Source of the DNA: Mobula hypostoma
Lineage: Eukaryota
Direction: 5' to 3'
Assembly (NCBI RefSeq): GCF_963921235.1
Contig: NC_086097.1
Span: 129,210,001-129,274,000, forward strand
Length of the DNA: 64,000 nt
Shown here: in pieces, positions 13,454-26,140 of the stretch
How positions within the stretch are numbered: position 1 is the stretch's first letter
Layout: every line of letters begins with the position of its first letter
Notes under the pieces: generated by a model
Told to the model about the DNA's origin: nothing
The model's input: the letters and a program-made list of their open reading frames with translations, nothing else
The model's database searches: none
Made by a program: the position numbers and the translations under genes

Positions 13454-15153
13454 ACGGAGGCTGAGGAATTTATAAAGGCGCCGACCTTGGAGGCATTAGA
13501 GGATGCCAGGAAATTGGAATTGGTAGCTGTGGCCAACCGGTTGAATCTTGCTAAGGGGAAGTCGACAATGAGGAGAGAGGAGATACACAGAGCTATTGTA
13601 GAGCACTATGTATCTAAAGGTGTGTTTCCCCAAGGCGAGCTGGAGGTGGTGTCTATTGAAAAACCTGCTGGAGACGCGGTACAGGTGCAGCTTGAAAAAC
13701 TGAGACTCGAGCACGAGTTCCGGGTACAGCAGTTGAAGCGAGAAGAGAAAGAGAAGGACAGACAGTTGGAGCGAGCAGAGAAGGAGAGAGAGTTAGAAAG
13801 GCGGGAGAAAGAGAAACAGTTAGAAAGGCAGGAGAGAGAGAGAGAGAGACAGTTGGAGCGAGAGGAGAAACAGAGGGAAAGGGAATTCGAGCTGGAAAAG
13901 TTAAGGATAAGGGCAGAGCAGGGGCCCGTGCCGAACCAAGATGGAGGGTTCCGGGCGACCCAGGAGGTTAGGCTGGTTCCCCCATTTGACGATACCAACG
14001 TGGATCGGTACTTTCTCCATTTCGAAAAAGTTGCTACCAGTCAGGACTGGCCGAGGGATAAGTGGGCTGTTTTGCTTCAGAGTGTACTGAAAGGGAAAGC
14101 CCAACAAGCTTACTCAGCTTTGTCCGTGGAAGATGCCCAGAGGTATGAGGTGGTGAAAGAGGCCATCCTCAGGATTTGTAAGTTGGTCCCGGAGGCATAC
14201 CAGCAGAGGTTCCGGAATGCGAGGAAGCAGTGGGACCGCACGTATTTAGAGTTTACCCGTGAGATGCAGACATATTGTGAGCGTTGGTGCACCTCGAAGG
14301 GGGTAGAGGGGGATTATGACAGACTGCTACAGCTGATCCTGATTGAGCAGTTTAAAGGTTGTGTCCCTGAGGGTATGAGCCCTACCTAGATGAGAAAGAG
14401 GCAGCCACGTTAGCCGCAACTGCTAAGTTAGCGGATGAGTATGCGTTGATGCATAAAAGGAAGTTTGCCCCGAGTAAAGGCTACCAGAAGGGTAGTCAGG
14501 ACGGCGGGGAGAGTCCGCCAGAAAAGTCAGAAAGTAAGCTGGGGACTAGTGAGAAGGATAAGGTAGACTGGGAGCAGTCTGGTAGGAAGTCTCCTGGGGT
14601 CGTCTGTTATAACTGCGGGAAAGTCGGACACTTTGCGTCCAGGTGCTTTGCCCCAAAGAAGGAGACGGGAAAAGGAAAAACAGTGATTTTGACTGGCTGT
14701 ATCGAGCTGGTAAACGAACCGCTAGGAGGGGACAGGTCTGCCAAAGTTCAGGAAGGGCGCGAGAGATTTATCTCGGCCGGATTGGTGTCAGTGAAGGAGG
14801 GGTTAAAACCAGTCCCAGTGCGGATCTGGAGAGACACGGGAGCGTGTCAGTCACTGATACTGAAGAGTGTATTAGAGTTTAGCTCAGAGACCCAGACTGG
14901 GGAGATCAAGGTCAAAGGTATTGGGGAAGAGACAGAGGCAGTCCCTTTGCACCAGATACACTTACAAAGCAACCTGGTCTCTGGACTAGTCACGATCGGG
15001 GTGAGGCCCGAATTACCGATGAAAGGCGTGGAAGTCTTGCTCGGTAATGACCTCGCTGGGGGAATCGTGTTCCCAGCAGTGAGATTGACAGGTCAGCCTG
15101 CCAGGATTGAGGCCCCGCCCATGGACTCACAGGTTCATCAGGGACTGCGGTAG
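13454..15153 (+). pseudogene. gag: gag (coiled coil, SCAN-like capsid, CCHC knuckle) plus aspartic protease
   Basis: Probable start now ACG (13454); E/R-rich coil; VPPFDD..YFLHFEK...W...LQSVLKGKA; CYNCGKVGHFASRC; RDTGA...LLGNDL; one apparent frameshift near 14380. Confidence 0.85.
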
Positions 15154-15182
15154 TAACTTTAGCTGAGACGTTTCTGCCAGCC

Positions 15183-16435
15183 TTGTACAAGAAGGGGGTA
15201 GAAAGTGAAAAGAAGGAGTGTAGTGAAACAAGAGGTAGTGAGGGAGCTGAGACAGACTTAGCATTAGCCAGGAAAGAATTTGTGCAGGCGCAGGAGCGAG
15301 ACGAGGGGCTGATGGTTTTGGCAGAGACAGCTCTCTCTGACACAGAATTAACAAGGGAACCAGTAGGCTATTGTGTGGAGGAGGAAGTGCTAAGGAAGAA
15401 AGGGAAACCAAGTACCGTACCCACAGATGAGGAATGGGGGGTGGTGCAAAAGAGTTATGGGGATGAGATTTTTAACCTGGCCCACAAGGTACCCCCCGGT
15501 GGACATTTTGCGGTGCTGGAGGAAACAGTTGGTGGAATCATGAAAGAGGTTTACCGGCCGCACCGGAGGAAGGATGTTATTGATTATGGCTGACGCGAAC
15601 TGAGACGGTCACAGGCTTTTGATATGCTAACAAAACTAGTCGGTGTTAGCGCGGAAATCAATGAAGCTAGGGTCCCCCTGATAAGAGAAAAAAACCATTT
15701 TGGAAAGATGAGTATGGTATCGACCAGATGGGAGAAGGCTATTGTTTTGGCCAGCACTGCTGATAAGGTCTCTCCCTTAATCCCCGAACAAAGTGACTCT
15801 TTAGGAGAAGTAATTAAACGACTCGCACACGTGTGTTTGATTGTCCCAAGGCGATGCAAAGAACTGGGACGCTGGGTGATGTTTGTTACACTAGGCCAGC
15901 CTAGCGAGCAACACCGCTATAGAATGAGTAATTCAGTGACTAAAGGGCTGACGAACACAGAGGTGTGTATTGGCGATGTAATACGGCTGTCTGAAGCCAG
16001 CTTGATAGTGAACCTTGAAAAAAATGAGTTCGGCCACACGAAGGTCACTTACCTGGGAATTGTGGTGACACAGGGGCAGCTGGCAGCGATGCAAGCTAAA
16101 GTGCGGGCTATCTTTGACATCCCAACCCCGACAGACAAGAGGGCTCTCAGAAGGCTCTTGGAGATGGTGGGGTACTGTAGAAAGATTTGCAATAACTCTG
16201 CGGTTACAACCCCTCCCCCTCCTACTAAGCCCTTGCGAGAGAAAACTAAGTCGGAATGGGACGACCCTTGTTATTGTGGTCCGGGACGAAACCCAATGAG
16301 AGGTTACATTGATCGCAATTCATCAGTGTTTTTGGCCACTATGAAGTTTGCCAAGTTGGATCCTGGTCTAAGGGATTATTAATAACACATATAAAAGGAA
16401 CAGAAAATGTGATGGCTGACTGTCTGTCAGGTGTT
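15183..16435 (+). pseudogene. pol: Condensed pol remnants in the order integrase, RT, RNase H
   Basis: LAHKVPPGGHF (IN zinc finger); EVCIGDV...VNLEKNEFGHTKVTYLG...PTPTDKRALRRLLEMVGYCRK (RT); HIKGTENVMADCLS at ~16388-16429 (RNase H end). Confidence 0.8.
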
Positions 16436-16542
16436 GACAACTTCAAATTCGCTGTATCAGCCAAATAGCTGATAAAGATGTGTATTTGTGTGTATCAAAT
16501 AATGTATTCATGTTTGTAATTTTTACCCCGGTAAAAATCCTT

Positions 16543-16554
16543 AAAGGGGGGAAG
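16543..16554 (+). promoter_or_regulatory. Polypurine tract
   Basis: AAAGGGGGGAAG immediately before the 3' LTR. Confidence 0.85.
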
Positions 16555-17446
16555 TGTGACAAGAATACACATAGATTAAGATGTTAGCTGTCCTGTGCTG
16601 GCACCAGTGGGATCAGCAGTTGGTCTGCCACCTGTCTTCAGGAGAGAGAGAGATAAGGAAAACAATGGAGCAACACTTGGAGATGTTAATGAAGGGACGG
16701 GAGAGAGTAACGGAAGGAGAGCTGTCAAGATCGGCTCCCCCTTTGAACCCTGAACTGTTTGAAGTGATGGACAGGCGATACCCCAGCAGGGGGATAAAAA
16801 GGGACAGGTTCGCTAAGGCAGGACACACACGACACCCCGAGGTAACGAGACCCTGGAAGTGGTGCGTCTCTCACAAGTCGGTGGGAAGTTCTTGGACGGC
16901 TGGTCGCGGGATCAAGCCATAGACGCTCAGGGTGGAAAGGCACGATCGGCGGGAACCTGGTGTGTGTCCACCCTTGCCTGGGTGCCAGGTTCACCGCAGA
17001 GAAACGATCGTATCTGGAAACGGAGGGGTCACGGTCAGTGACCTCAGATGACATCACAAAGGACTCGCCCGTAAGCTGACTGCGAAGGTCTGTGTGGAAG
17101 CCGTTTTGAATATTCATTCATTTTGCTCTCTCTCTCCTTCCCCCCACTGTCCATCGCCACAGCAGCGATTACTGCGAACTGAACTGAACTAAATTGAACT
17201 GAACTTTGCATCACTTTGAAACTGGTCATTTACCCCTAGACAACGATAGAGCTTGATTGATCCTGTTATCTTAATTCTGTGTACATGTGTGTTTATCATT
17301 GCTGAACTGTTGCATTCATTATCCTTTTGATTAGAGTACTGTGTTGCTTGTTTCTTTAATAAAACTTTCTTAGTTCTAGTAATCCAGACTCCAACTGAGT
17401 GATCCATTCCTGCTGGTTTGGCAACCCAGTTACGGGGTACGTAACA
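16555..17446 (+). repeat. 3' LTR
   Basis: Direct repeat of the 5' LTR, same length. Confidence 0.95.
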
Positions 17447-18519
17447 AGTCAAAGGGCTAGACTGATTGCAAAAAGAGTGAAGAGCAAAGACTTGGAGACA
17501 TTTATAAGTTGGTTTTTTTTTTAATCTCTTTGCACACTGGGTGTTTGATAGTCTATTTTATGGATTCTTTTGGGTTTCCTTGTTTTGTGACTGCCTGTAA
17601 GGAGGTGATTCTCAAGGCTGTATAATGTACTTTGAACTTAGAACAGAACTGGCTGAACAAGCAGCAAGAGTGTGCAGTTTGAGGGAATTTGAAGGCAGGT
17701 CAAGGATGGAGTCAGGGCCGAATTAACCTAGTAACAAAAGTAGCATATGCTAAGGGCCCCAACCCACACTAAATGCTTGCAAGCTGCAGGCTGGTGAAAT
17801 CAGCATCTCACGGTATTCTCACGACTGTTAGAGTGAGTTTTGGGTAGACGATTCATTTACACTTAAATAAATGACTTCAGCCATCAGTCTTCTGTTCTTT
17901 GACAAAGTACTGTGGATTGAGTTCATAACAATGCATTTCCTAAAAGCTGTGAATCCAGTTTCATTTGTAACAATGCATCTCTGGCGCCTCTGAGACAAGA
18001 ATGCTAAGTTTACAGGTAGTTACGAAGACACCGTATCTATGCTTTTTGAATATGAATCATCCTCTATGTTAGCACGTAACATACCAAATAATGTATTATG
18101 GATTTTCACTTGCATTCCTAAAGGCCATGAATGCCATACTGGCATACTGGCACCAGTAGAATGAATTCAATCAAAAGATGTGAAAACTTGAAAGCATTGT
18201 CTATACTTGTAACTATGAACTGTCCTTTGTGTTTAGCAAATAAATATCGAGCCTCAATTACAAAGCGGTTAGACCTGTTCTGCCAGGGGTCTCTGCCTGC
18301 TATAACCTTGTTTTGTCGAATAAAGAATCTGCCTTGTACCTACTGGTAACGCAGCGCTCTGTGCTTTCATCCACACCAAAACAACGACGATCTGGCAACG
18401 CTGTTGTTGTCATGTCGGGGGAGCTGCATACTGCATGGTACAGTATATGTGTGCAGGCGTGTGTTGGCTCCTTGCTGTGTCGTGGTCCTAACACTTCTCA
18501 TATTGGCACCAAACAAGAC

Positions 18520-19880
18520 CTTGTAGAGTTACAGTTGTACCGTTTGATAACTGACAATTCTTTAGAGTCATGTTTTCCAAAAGTAGAAAATGCCTTGCGC
18601 ATCTTTTTGTCACTTATGGTTACCAAATGTAGTGGAGAACGCTCATTTTCTCCAATGGGAGAAAATGCGTGGGGGGGCCCCCAGGGCTGTGTGCTCAGTC
18701 CACTGCTGTTCACTCTGCTGACCCACGACTGTGCTGCAACACACAGCTCGAACCACATCATCAAGTTCGCCAATGACACGACCGTGGTGGGTCTCATCAA
18801 CAAGAACAATAAGACACCATACAGAGAGGAGGTGCAGTGGCTAATGGACTGGTGCAGAGCCAACAACCTGTCTCCGAATGTGAACAAAACAAAAGAGATG
18901 GTTGTTGACTTCAGAAGGACAGGGAGCAACCACTCTCCACTGAACATCAACGATTTCTCCATGTAGATCATTAAGAGCACCAAATTTCTTGGTGTTCACC
19001 TGGCGGAGAATCTCACCTGGTCCCTCAACACCAGCTCCACAGCAAAGAAAGCCCAGCAGTGTCTCTACTTTCTGTGAAGGCTGAGAAAAGTCCATCTCCC
19101 ACCCCCCATCCTCACCACATTCTATAAAGGTTGTATTGAGAGCATCCTGAGCAGCTGCATCACTGCCTGGTTCAGAAATTGCACCATCTCGGATCGCAAG
19201 ATCCTGCAGCGGATAGTGAGGTCAGCTGAGATCATCGGGGTTTCTCTTCCCGCCATTACAGACATTTACACCACACGCTGCATCCGTAAAGCAAAAAGCA
19301 TTATGAAGGACCCCACTCACCCCTCATACAAACTCTTCTCCCTCCTGCCATCTGGCAAAAGGCATCCAAGCATTCGGGCTCTCATGACCAGACTATGTAA
19401 CAGTTTCTTCCCCCAAACCATCAGACTCTTCAATAACCAGAGCCTGGACTGGCACCAACCTACTGCCCTCTATTGTGCCTATTGTCTTGTTTATTATTTA
19501 TTGTAATGCCAGCACTGTTTTGTGCACTTTATGCAGTCCTGGGTAGGTCTGTAGTCTAGTGTAGATTTTGTGTTTTTTTTTACGTAGTTCAGTGTAGTTT
19601 TTGTATTGTTTCATGCAGCACCATGGTGCTGAAAAACGTTGTCTCATTTTTACTGTACCAGCAGTTATGGTCGAAATGACAATAAAAAGTGACTTGACTT
19701 GACTTGACTTGATTTTCAAAACTGAAAAGGATTAAAAATGAACTACGGAGCACCATGGGTCAAAACAGATTGAACAATCTCACTCTAATGAGCATTGAAC
19801 ATGAACTTTTGCATGAATTAGACATTTCCAGTATCATCAACAAATTTGCTCATGCTAAATCTAGAAAATCTAACTTTTAA
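18520..19880 (+). pseudogene. hAT transposase C-terminal dimerisation domain, split by a LINE
   Basis: FPKVENALRIFLSLMVTKCSGERSFS (to 18650) rejoins in frame with KLKRIKNELRSTMGQNRLNNLTLMSIEHE...RKSNF* (19719-19880). Confidence 0.85.
18651..19711 (+). mobile_element. 5'-truncated Rex1/Babar LINE nested in the hAT element
   Basis: PQGCVLSPLLFTLLTHDC...KFANDTT; (GACTT)n tail; TSD ATTTTC at 18645-18650 and 19712-19717. Confidence 0.9.
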
Positions 19881-20914
19881 ATTGTAAAACTATTACTGAA
19901 GTGTCAGACATTTGTCGTATTATCTGGCTGTATAGCAAATGAAAAAAATTGAATTACTTTAATATGCAAGTAAATAATTTATGTTTTAATACTTATGTGC
20001 ATTTTTTAAATTTAGGGCCCCTTTATAACATATGCTACAGGCCCCATACTAGCTTAATCCGGCCCTGGATGGAGTAGAAGAGTCAAGCTAGCAGCTAACA
20101 AATATGGGAAATTGATTTTAATGTCAATTGTAAGGATTATTGGTAAGTGCAATTCCAACTCCTAGCCTTTACGTAAATTAAAACTGTTACAGAAAAATGA
20201 GGCAATGCAGAGGGCAGTGGTCCAACACAGGGTGGGAGTGAAGGAGAACTGAGGACATTGTCATGCTGTGAGGAGAAGGAAAGAAGAAGGATGTAATAGT
20301 ATTGTGTTATCAATCAAACATGACACAATGCATCATAGGTTGTAGAGTCATACAATTAAAGAAAACAAATACATTTAAAAAACTATAAATAGATTAATGA
20401 CATTTGAGGGATGCAGCAATCGCCTGCCACTAAGCCAGTATAACAGAATGAACCACCGTAACATTGCCTCAATAACCACAAACACTCTTATTCTTAACAT
20501 AGATGGCATTACTTTGGCAGTACTACAAATTTAATTTCTTTCAGAATCTATTCTTGTAAAAACCACACCTGTTTTTTGATCAAATGTCATGGGATCAGGC
20601 TGAAAGAGGAGCTGTGACCAAAGGCGAGACCATCCAGGATCTTATTGCATGAAGGAGCAGGCTCGGGGGGCAAATAGTCAACTCCTGCTCCTACTTTTTA
20701 TGTTTTTACTAACATCACCGAGAGGAATTTGCTACAGTTTCATTTTACTCTCACAGGCAAGAGTCACGGGAATTTCAACTCTACCATAATACAAGGTTAG
20801 TCCATCATATCTACCTTCAATAACAAAACCGTCTATAATGGCTTTTTGTAATTAACAGGTAAAGTACACAGGATTAAACTAGCAACCCATGAAGTCATTT
20901 GCAGCAACACCTAC

Positions 20915-20995
20915 CAACTCAAGGTCCTCGGCTTCCATCTTTAAATTGGAGTCTGTTCCTTTAGTTTGGAATTGGAAACAGTGCACTTACTGAAC
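20915..20995 (-). CDS. Candidate first coding exon (5' UTR plus MEAEDLEL)
   Basis: Acceptor ttttttttcag, aagATGG Kozak context (ATG 20938-20936), donor TTG|gtaggt; unique sequence. Confidence 0.3.
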
Positions 20996-21429
20996 CTGAA
21001 AAAAAAGTCATATTTACATAAATATGGTTTGCATTTCCATTTTCAGCCAATTCTAACTCTAAATTATTCCTCTTAAATCAGCCCCATTAACTGTTTCTCA
21101 TGCCTCAAATACTGCTAGGCTTGTCCTGTTTTCCACACATTTTCTCTTTTAATTTCAAGTTTACATTATTTTGCCCTTCAGCTAATGGTTGATTGGGTTA
21201 TTTCAGAAGGCAGTTAAAAATAGCTATTTTACGAAGTGTCTGGAGCCACATCTAGTCCAGGCTGGTTTAAGAAGGCATGTTTCCCTCCCTGTGGAAAGTG
21301 AAACAGTTAACATTTCAGGTTTAAACTGAAGAACGAGCTTTTGGCCTCAAACATTAGCTTCTCCTTCTTTCCATAGACTCTGTCTGATCTACAACAATCT
21401 TCCAGCACTTCCAGTTTTTGTTTCAGATT

Positions 21430-21710
21430 AGAACATGAGACCACATGACAGAGAAGCAGAATTAGGCCATTGGACTGATTGAGTCTGCTCCACCATTCAA
21501 TCATGGCTGACTTGTTTTTCACCCCTATTTTCCCCCCTTTTCCCTGTTAGCTTTAATCTCCTTACCTATCAAGAACCTAACAATCCCTACCTGAAATACA
21601 CTCAGTGACTTGGCCTCCACGACCCTCTGGCTGAAGAAAATCCTCAACTCAGTTTTAAACGGATATTCCTTTATTCTGAGGTTGTGCCTTCAGATCCTAG
21701 ACCATCCTTC
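21430..21710 (-). mobile_element. CR1 3' fragment
   Basis: Homologous to CR1 3' ends at 2555-2880 and 50700-50990. Confidence 0.75.
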
Positions 21711-21712
21711 CA

Positions 21713-24410
21713 GAGTCATGGAGTCATAGCAAACTACAGCACAGAAACAAGTTCATGCTCAACTATTTAAACAGTCAACTCCATCAACCTGCACCGTGAC
21801 CATAGCCTTCCTTACCCCTACCATACATGTACCTTTCCAATCTTATCTTAAACATTGAAATCCAGCTTGCATACACCACTTGCACTGGCAGCTCATTCCA
21901 CACATTCCTGACCCTCTGAGTGAAGAAGTTTCCCCTCATATTCCCCTTAAGCTTTTCACCTTTCACTCTAATGACCTCTAGCTGGCGTTCCACCCAACCT
22001 CAGTGGAAAAATCCTGCTTGCATCTACCTATCTATACCCTTCATAATTATTGTATACCTCCATCAAATCTCCCCTCAAACTTATATGTTCCAAGGTATAA
22101 AGTCCTAACCTATTCAATTTTTCCTTATAACAGGTCCTCCAGTCCCAGCAACATACTTGTAAATTTTCTCTGTACTCTTTTAATCTTATTTACATCTGTC
22201 CTGAAAGTAGGTGACCAAAGCTGCACACAATACTCCAAATTAGGCCTCACCAACATCTTATACAACTTCAACATAACATCTAATTTCCTGTACTCAATAC
22301 TTTTGATTTATGAAAGACCTATCAACCCTATCTACTTGTGATGCCATTTTCAACAAATTATATACCTATATTCCCAGATCCCTTTGTTCTAACACATTCC
22401 TCAGTGCTCAACCATTCATTGTGTAAGATCTACCCTGGTTGGTCCTCCCAAAGTGCCACACCTCACACTTGTCTGCATTAAATTCCATCTGCCATTTTTC
22501 AGCCCATTCTTCCAGCTGGTCCAGATCCAGCTGCAAACTCTGATAGTCTTCCTCGCTGCCCATTATACCCTGAATCTTGGTGTCATCCGCAAATTTGCTG
22601 ATCCAGTTAACCACATTATTATCCAGATCATTGATATAGATGACAAACAACGGACCCAGCACAGATCCCAGAGGCACTCCACTAGTCACAGGCCTCCAAT
22701 CTAAATCCAATTTGCTATCTCATCTTGAATGCCAAGCGATTGAACCTTCTTGACCAGCCTCCCATACAAGAAAGACCCTGTTAAAGGCCTTGCTAAAGTC
22801 CATGTAGGCAAAATCCACTGCCTTGCCTTCATCAACTTTTCAGGCAGTGACAGGAATTGAACTTGGGTCGCCTATTCAATAAAATGTTGTGCTAATGCTA
22901 CCATGCAGCCCCATTTTTCTGAACAGCGAAACAGCATTAGCTATCCTCCTATTTTCCAGAACCTTGTGTGTTGCTAAGGATGATTTAAATATCTCTGCTG
23001 AGGCCCCTGCAATTTTTACACTTGCCTCCTACAGGGTCCGAGAGACATCTTGTAAAGCCCTGGGGATTTATCCACCCTAATTTGCCTCTCAACTCAGCAA
23101 ATACCTCCTCCTCTGTAACCTATATAGGGTGCATGAAGTCAATGCTGTTCAGCCTAATTTCTGTTGACTCTGTGTCCATCTCCTAAGTAAGTACAGTTGC
23201 AAAAATCCCATTTAAGATCGCCCCCATCTCTTTTGGCTCCACGCATGGATTACCATTCTGATCTTCCAGAGGACCAATTCTGTCCCTTGCAATCCTTTTT
23301 ATCTTAACTTATCTGTAGAATCTCTTAAGATTCTCCTTCACCTTATCTGCTAGGGCAACATCATGCCTTCTTTTAGCCTTCCTGATTTCTTTCTTAAGTG
23401 TCCTCTTGCATTTCTTGAACTCCATAAGTGTCTCATTTATCCCTACCTGCCTATACCTGCTTTACACCTTTTCTTCACAAATAGGACCTCAATATCTCTT
23501 GAAAACCAGGGTTCCCTTATACTGTTATCTTTACCTTTTATTCTGAAAGGCACATACAAAATTAGTATCTTCAAAATTTTACTTTCAAAGGCCTCCCACT
23601 TACCAAGTACACCTTTGACAGAGAACAGCCTGCCCCAATCCACACTTGCCAGATCCTTTCTGAAAACATCAAAATTGACCCTTCTCCAAGTCGAATCTCA
23701 ACCAGTAGACCAGGCCTATCTTTCTCCGTATTTACTTTGAAACTAATGGCATTGTGATCAGTAGGTGCAAAGTGTTCACCTACACAAACTTCTGTCACCT
23801 GCTCTGTCTCATTATCTAATAGCAGATCAAGTATCACACCCTCTCTTGTTGGACTGATTAAGGAAACTTTCCTGATCACATTTGACAAACTCTGTCCCAT
23901 TTAGTCCTTTTACAGTATGGGAGTCCTAGTCAATATGTGGAAAGTTAAAATCACCTACTAGAACAACCTTCTGTTTCTTGTAACAGTCTGCGATCTCTCT
24001 GCAAATTTGTTCCACTAAATCCCGTGGCCTGTTGGGTGGTCTGTAATGTGACCCCATTAACATGTCCATACCTTTCTTATTCCTCACTTCCACCCATAAC
24101 GCCTCACTAGGCGAGTTCTCCAGTCTGTCCTGACTGAGCACCACCATGATATTTTCCCTGACTAGTAATGCCACCTCTCCTTTGATCTCTCCCACTCTGT
24201 TGCATCTAAAACAACAGAACCTCGGGATACTGAGCTGTCAGTCTTGCCGCTCCAGCAACCAACTCTTACTCATGGCTACAATATCTTAATTCCATTTGTT
24301 GATCCATGCCCTGAGCTCATCTGCCTTTCCTACAATACCTCTTGCATTGAAATATACGCAGATCAGGACATTAGTCGCACCATGCTCAACCTTAAGATTC
24401 CGGCCTTCCT
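21713..24410 (-). mobile_element. CR1 LINE ORF2, degraded, with small SINE head inserted at ~22845-22910
   Basis: YRPPN...VGDFNFPHID, LDLLL...DHNAISF, WRPVTSGVPLGSVLGPL...KFADDTKI. Confidence 0.9.
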
Positions 24411-24974
24411 AATGGACTTTCCTTCAAATGAAAACATCCTCTCCACACCCAACAAGCAGATTTCCAGTGCCTGGATCTGCAATGTTCTTGGTTTTCAGAC
24501 TTACTTCCTAAAAAAAGTGTACTGAACTGTATGAGTTTTTACAAAAATTAAAAACTAATAACCTGCAGATGTCAGAAATCAGAATGGAAATACTCAATAA
24601 ATAGGTCATCATCTGTGGAGAGAGAACAGAAAACTCATTGAACTGAAGCATGAACCCTGTTTCTCTTGCCAGAGATGCTACCTAACCTGACGAATATTAC
24701 CAGCACTTTAAGTTTTTGTAATAAATTAGTTGTTTCACATTCACTAGGTTTTCAAGCACAGTTTAGTTAACTGAATTTAATATCCCCAGTTTTCTTGTTG
24801 AGATCTGAAGCCATGTCCCCATGATAGATCTCATGACTACAACCTCAATACCTTATCATGATTCCACCATATCCACACTCAATCCAAGTCAGGTATTGAG
24901 AAATCTGCACGATTACTAGTTGCAATCATAGACATTTTTCATGTGGTATTACAAAACTTAATTTGAAAGCAAAT

Positions 24975-25410
24975 GAAAACCACTAAAATGCCTGCTCCCC
25001 CCCCCATTCTTTTGTTCTCTCCTCTTGATTTACTCAGTTCATTTCACACCATCCCCCAGCCCTCCATTTTCCTATGTTTTTTCCACTGCATCTGCCCGTC
25101 ACCCACTGGGTGCCCTTCCCCAACTGTTCCCACCTACCCACACCACCACCCTTATTTGATTCTATACTCCACCTTCATCTCCGATCAGATTCCAGCACCT
25201 GCAGCTTTTTGATGCCTTCACGATTCACCTCTTGGCTTCCATCACTAGTTTCACACATTCCTCCTCCATCTGCCTATCAACTCCACCCCCATCTCACGTG
25301 CATCCACAATTGCCTGCCAGCTCTTGCACTCCCTTATACCAGCTATATCCGCTTAACTCTTTCACTCCAGATGATTCCCTCCACAGATGCTGTCTGACCT
25401 GCCGAGTTGA
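24975..25410 (+). mobile_element. Degraded Penelope-like 3' UTR fragment
   Basis: Pyrimidine-rich tract ending ccacagatgctgtctgacctgccgagtt, like the end of the 12027-12317 arm. Confidence 0.5.
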
Positions 25411-25419
25411 GTTATTTCT

Positions 25420-25702
25420 TAGTTATTGCGATACAGCGTGGAATAGACCCGTTCAGACCCGTTCGAGCTGTGACGCCCAACAACCCCCCCCCCGCTGTAA
25501 CCCCAGCCTAATCACAGCACAATTTACAATGACCATTTTACCTACCAACTGATAATGTGTTTGGACTGTGGGAGGAAACCGGAGCACGGCAAGGAAACCC
25601 ACAGAGTCACGGGGAGAACATACAACCTCCTTACAGGCACCGGTGGGAATTGAACCTGGGTCGCTGGTACTGTAAAGCGTTGTGCTAACCACTACGCTAC
25701 CA
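25420..25702 (-). mobile_element. tRNA-derived V-SINE (HE1-like)
   Basis: A box GGTAGCGTAGTGG, B box GGTTCAATTCC, V-domain gttctccccgtgactctgtgggtttcc...ctccggtttcctcccac. Confidence 0.85.
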
Positions 25703-25989
25703 AGCTCCTTCTGTTTATTGATCCAGATACCAGTATCGACAGTCTCTTTGGCCTCAGAACTGCAAAAGTTGGAAATCCACACAGAAAGCAGGAAATGCTG
25801 GAAGCACTCAACAGGCCCAGTAGCGTGTGCAGAGAAAGAGCTTGATTAGCAATAACTTGACAGTTCTGTAACAAAAAATTGATTAAAATCCCTATAAGAC
25901 AAATGATCTAAAGCTTGTACAAAGAGTTCATTTCTAATGGAAGCCTTAAAGGAATGGCAAAGTAATTTAGGAGAGAATTCCAGAAGTTA

Positions 25990-26140
25990 TTGGGCTGTCC
26001 CTCCAGATCGAGGATGACTTGCTTCCATTCTGAAGTGACTAGTGAGGCCGATGTGGGAACTGTAAGATCTTTTACAGATAGGGCATGTGGGGGGTGGGGT
26101 TAATCTGTGAGCTGGTCTACACCTCTTACCATTTACACAG
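25990..26140 (-). mobile_element. RTE-clade LINE 3' fragment
   Basis: Minus strand ...tcccacatcggcctcactagtcac...ggaagcaagtcatcctcgatctggagggacagccc, recalled as an RTE-type 3' end. Confidence 0.5.

Larger units (their letters stand above)
12463..17446 (+). mobile_element. Gypsy-type (Gmr1-like) LTR retrotransposon, internally deleted
   Basis: Paired 892-bp LTRs TG...CA; TSD AGTC at 12459-12462 and 17447-17450; PBS, PPT; gag-PR-IN-RT-RH remnants. Confidence 0.95.
17713..20067 (+). mobile_element. hAT DNA transposon, non-autonomous deletion derivative
   Basis: 21-bp TIRs CAGGGCCGAATTAACCTAGTA / TACTAGCTTAATCCGGCCCTG (2 mismatches); perfect 8-bp TSD GATGGAGT at 17705-17712 and 20068-20075. 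Confidence 0.92.

Noticed and set aside
15624..16382. Possible env or accessory ORF in the LTR element
   Set aside because: Contains RT remnants; no signal peptide or transmembrane pattern seen
18313..18966. 217-aa ORF that looks like a hAT transposase-RT fusion
   Set aside because: Chance in-frame junction from the Rex1 insertion at 18651; both parts are truncated and the RT motif is mutated (FAND)
25620..25702. tRNA genes here and at 46665 and 62021
   Set aside because: A/B boxes run into SINE bodies and tails; no full cloverleaf
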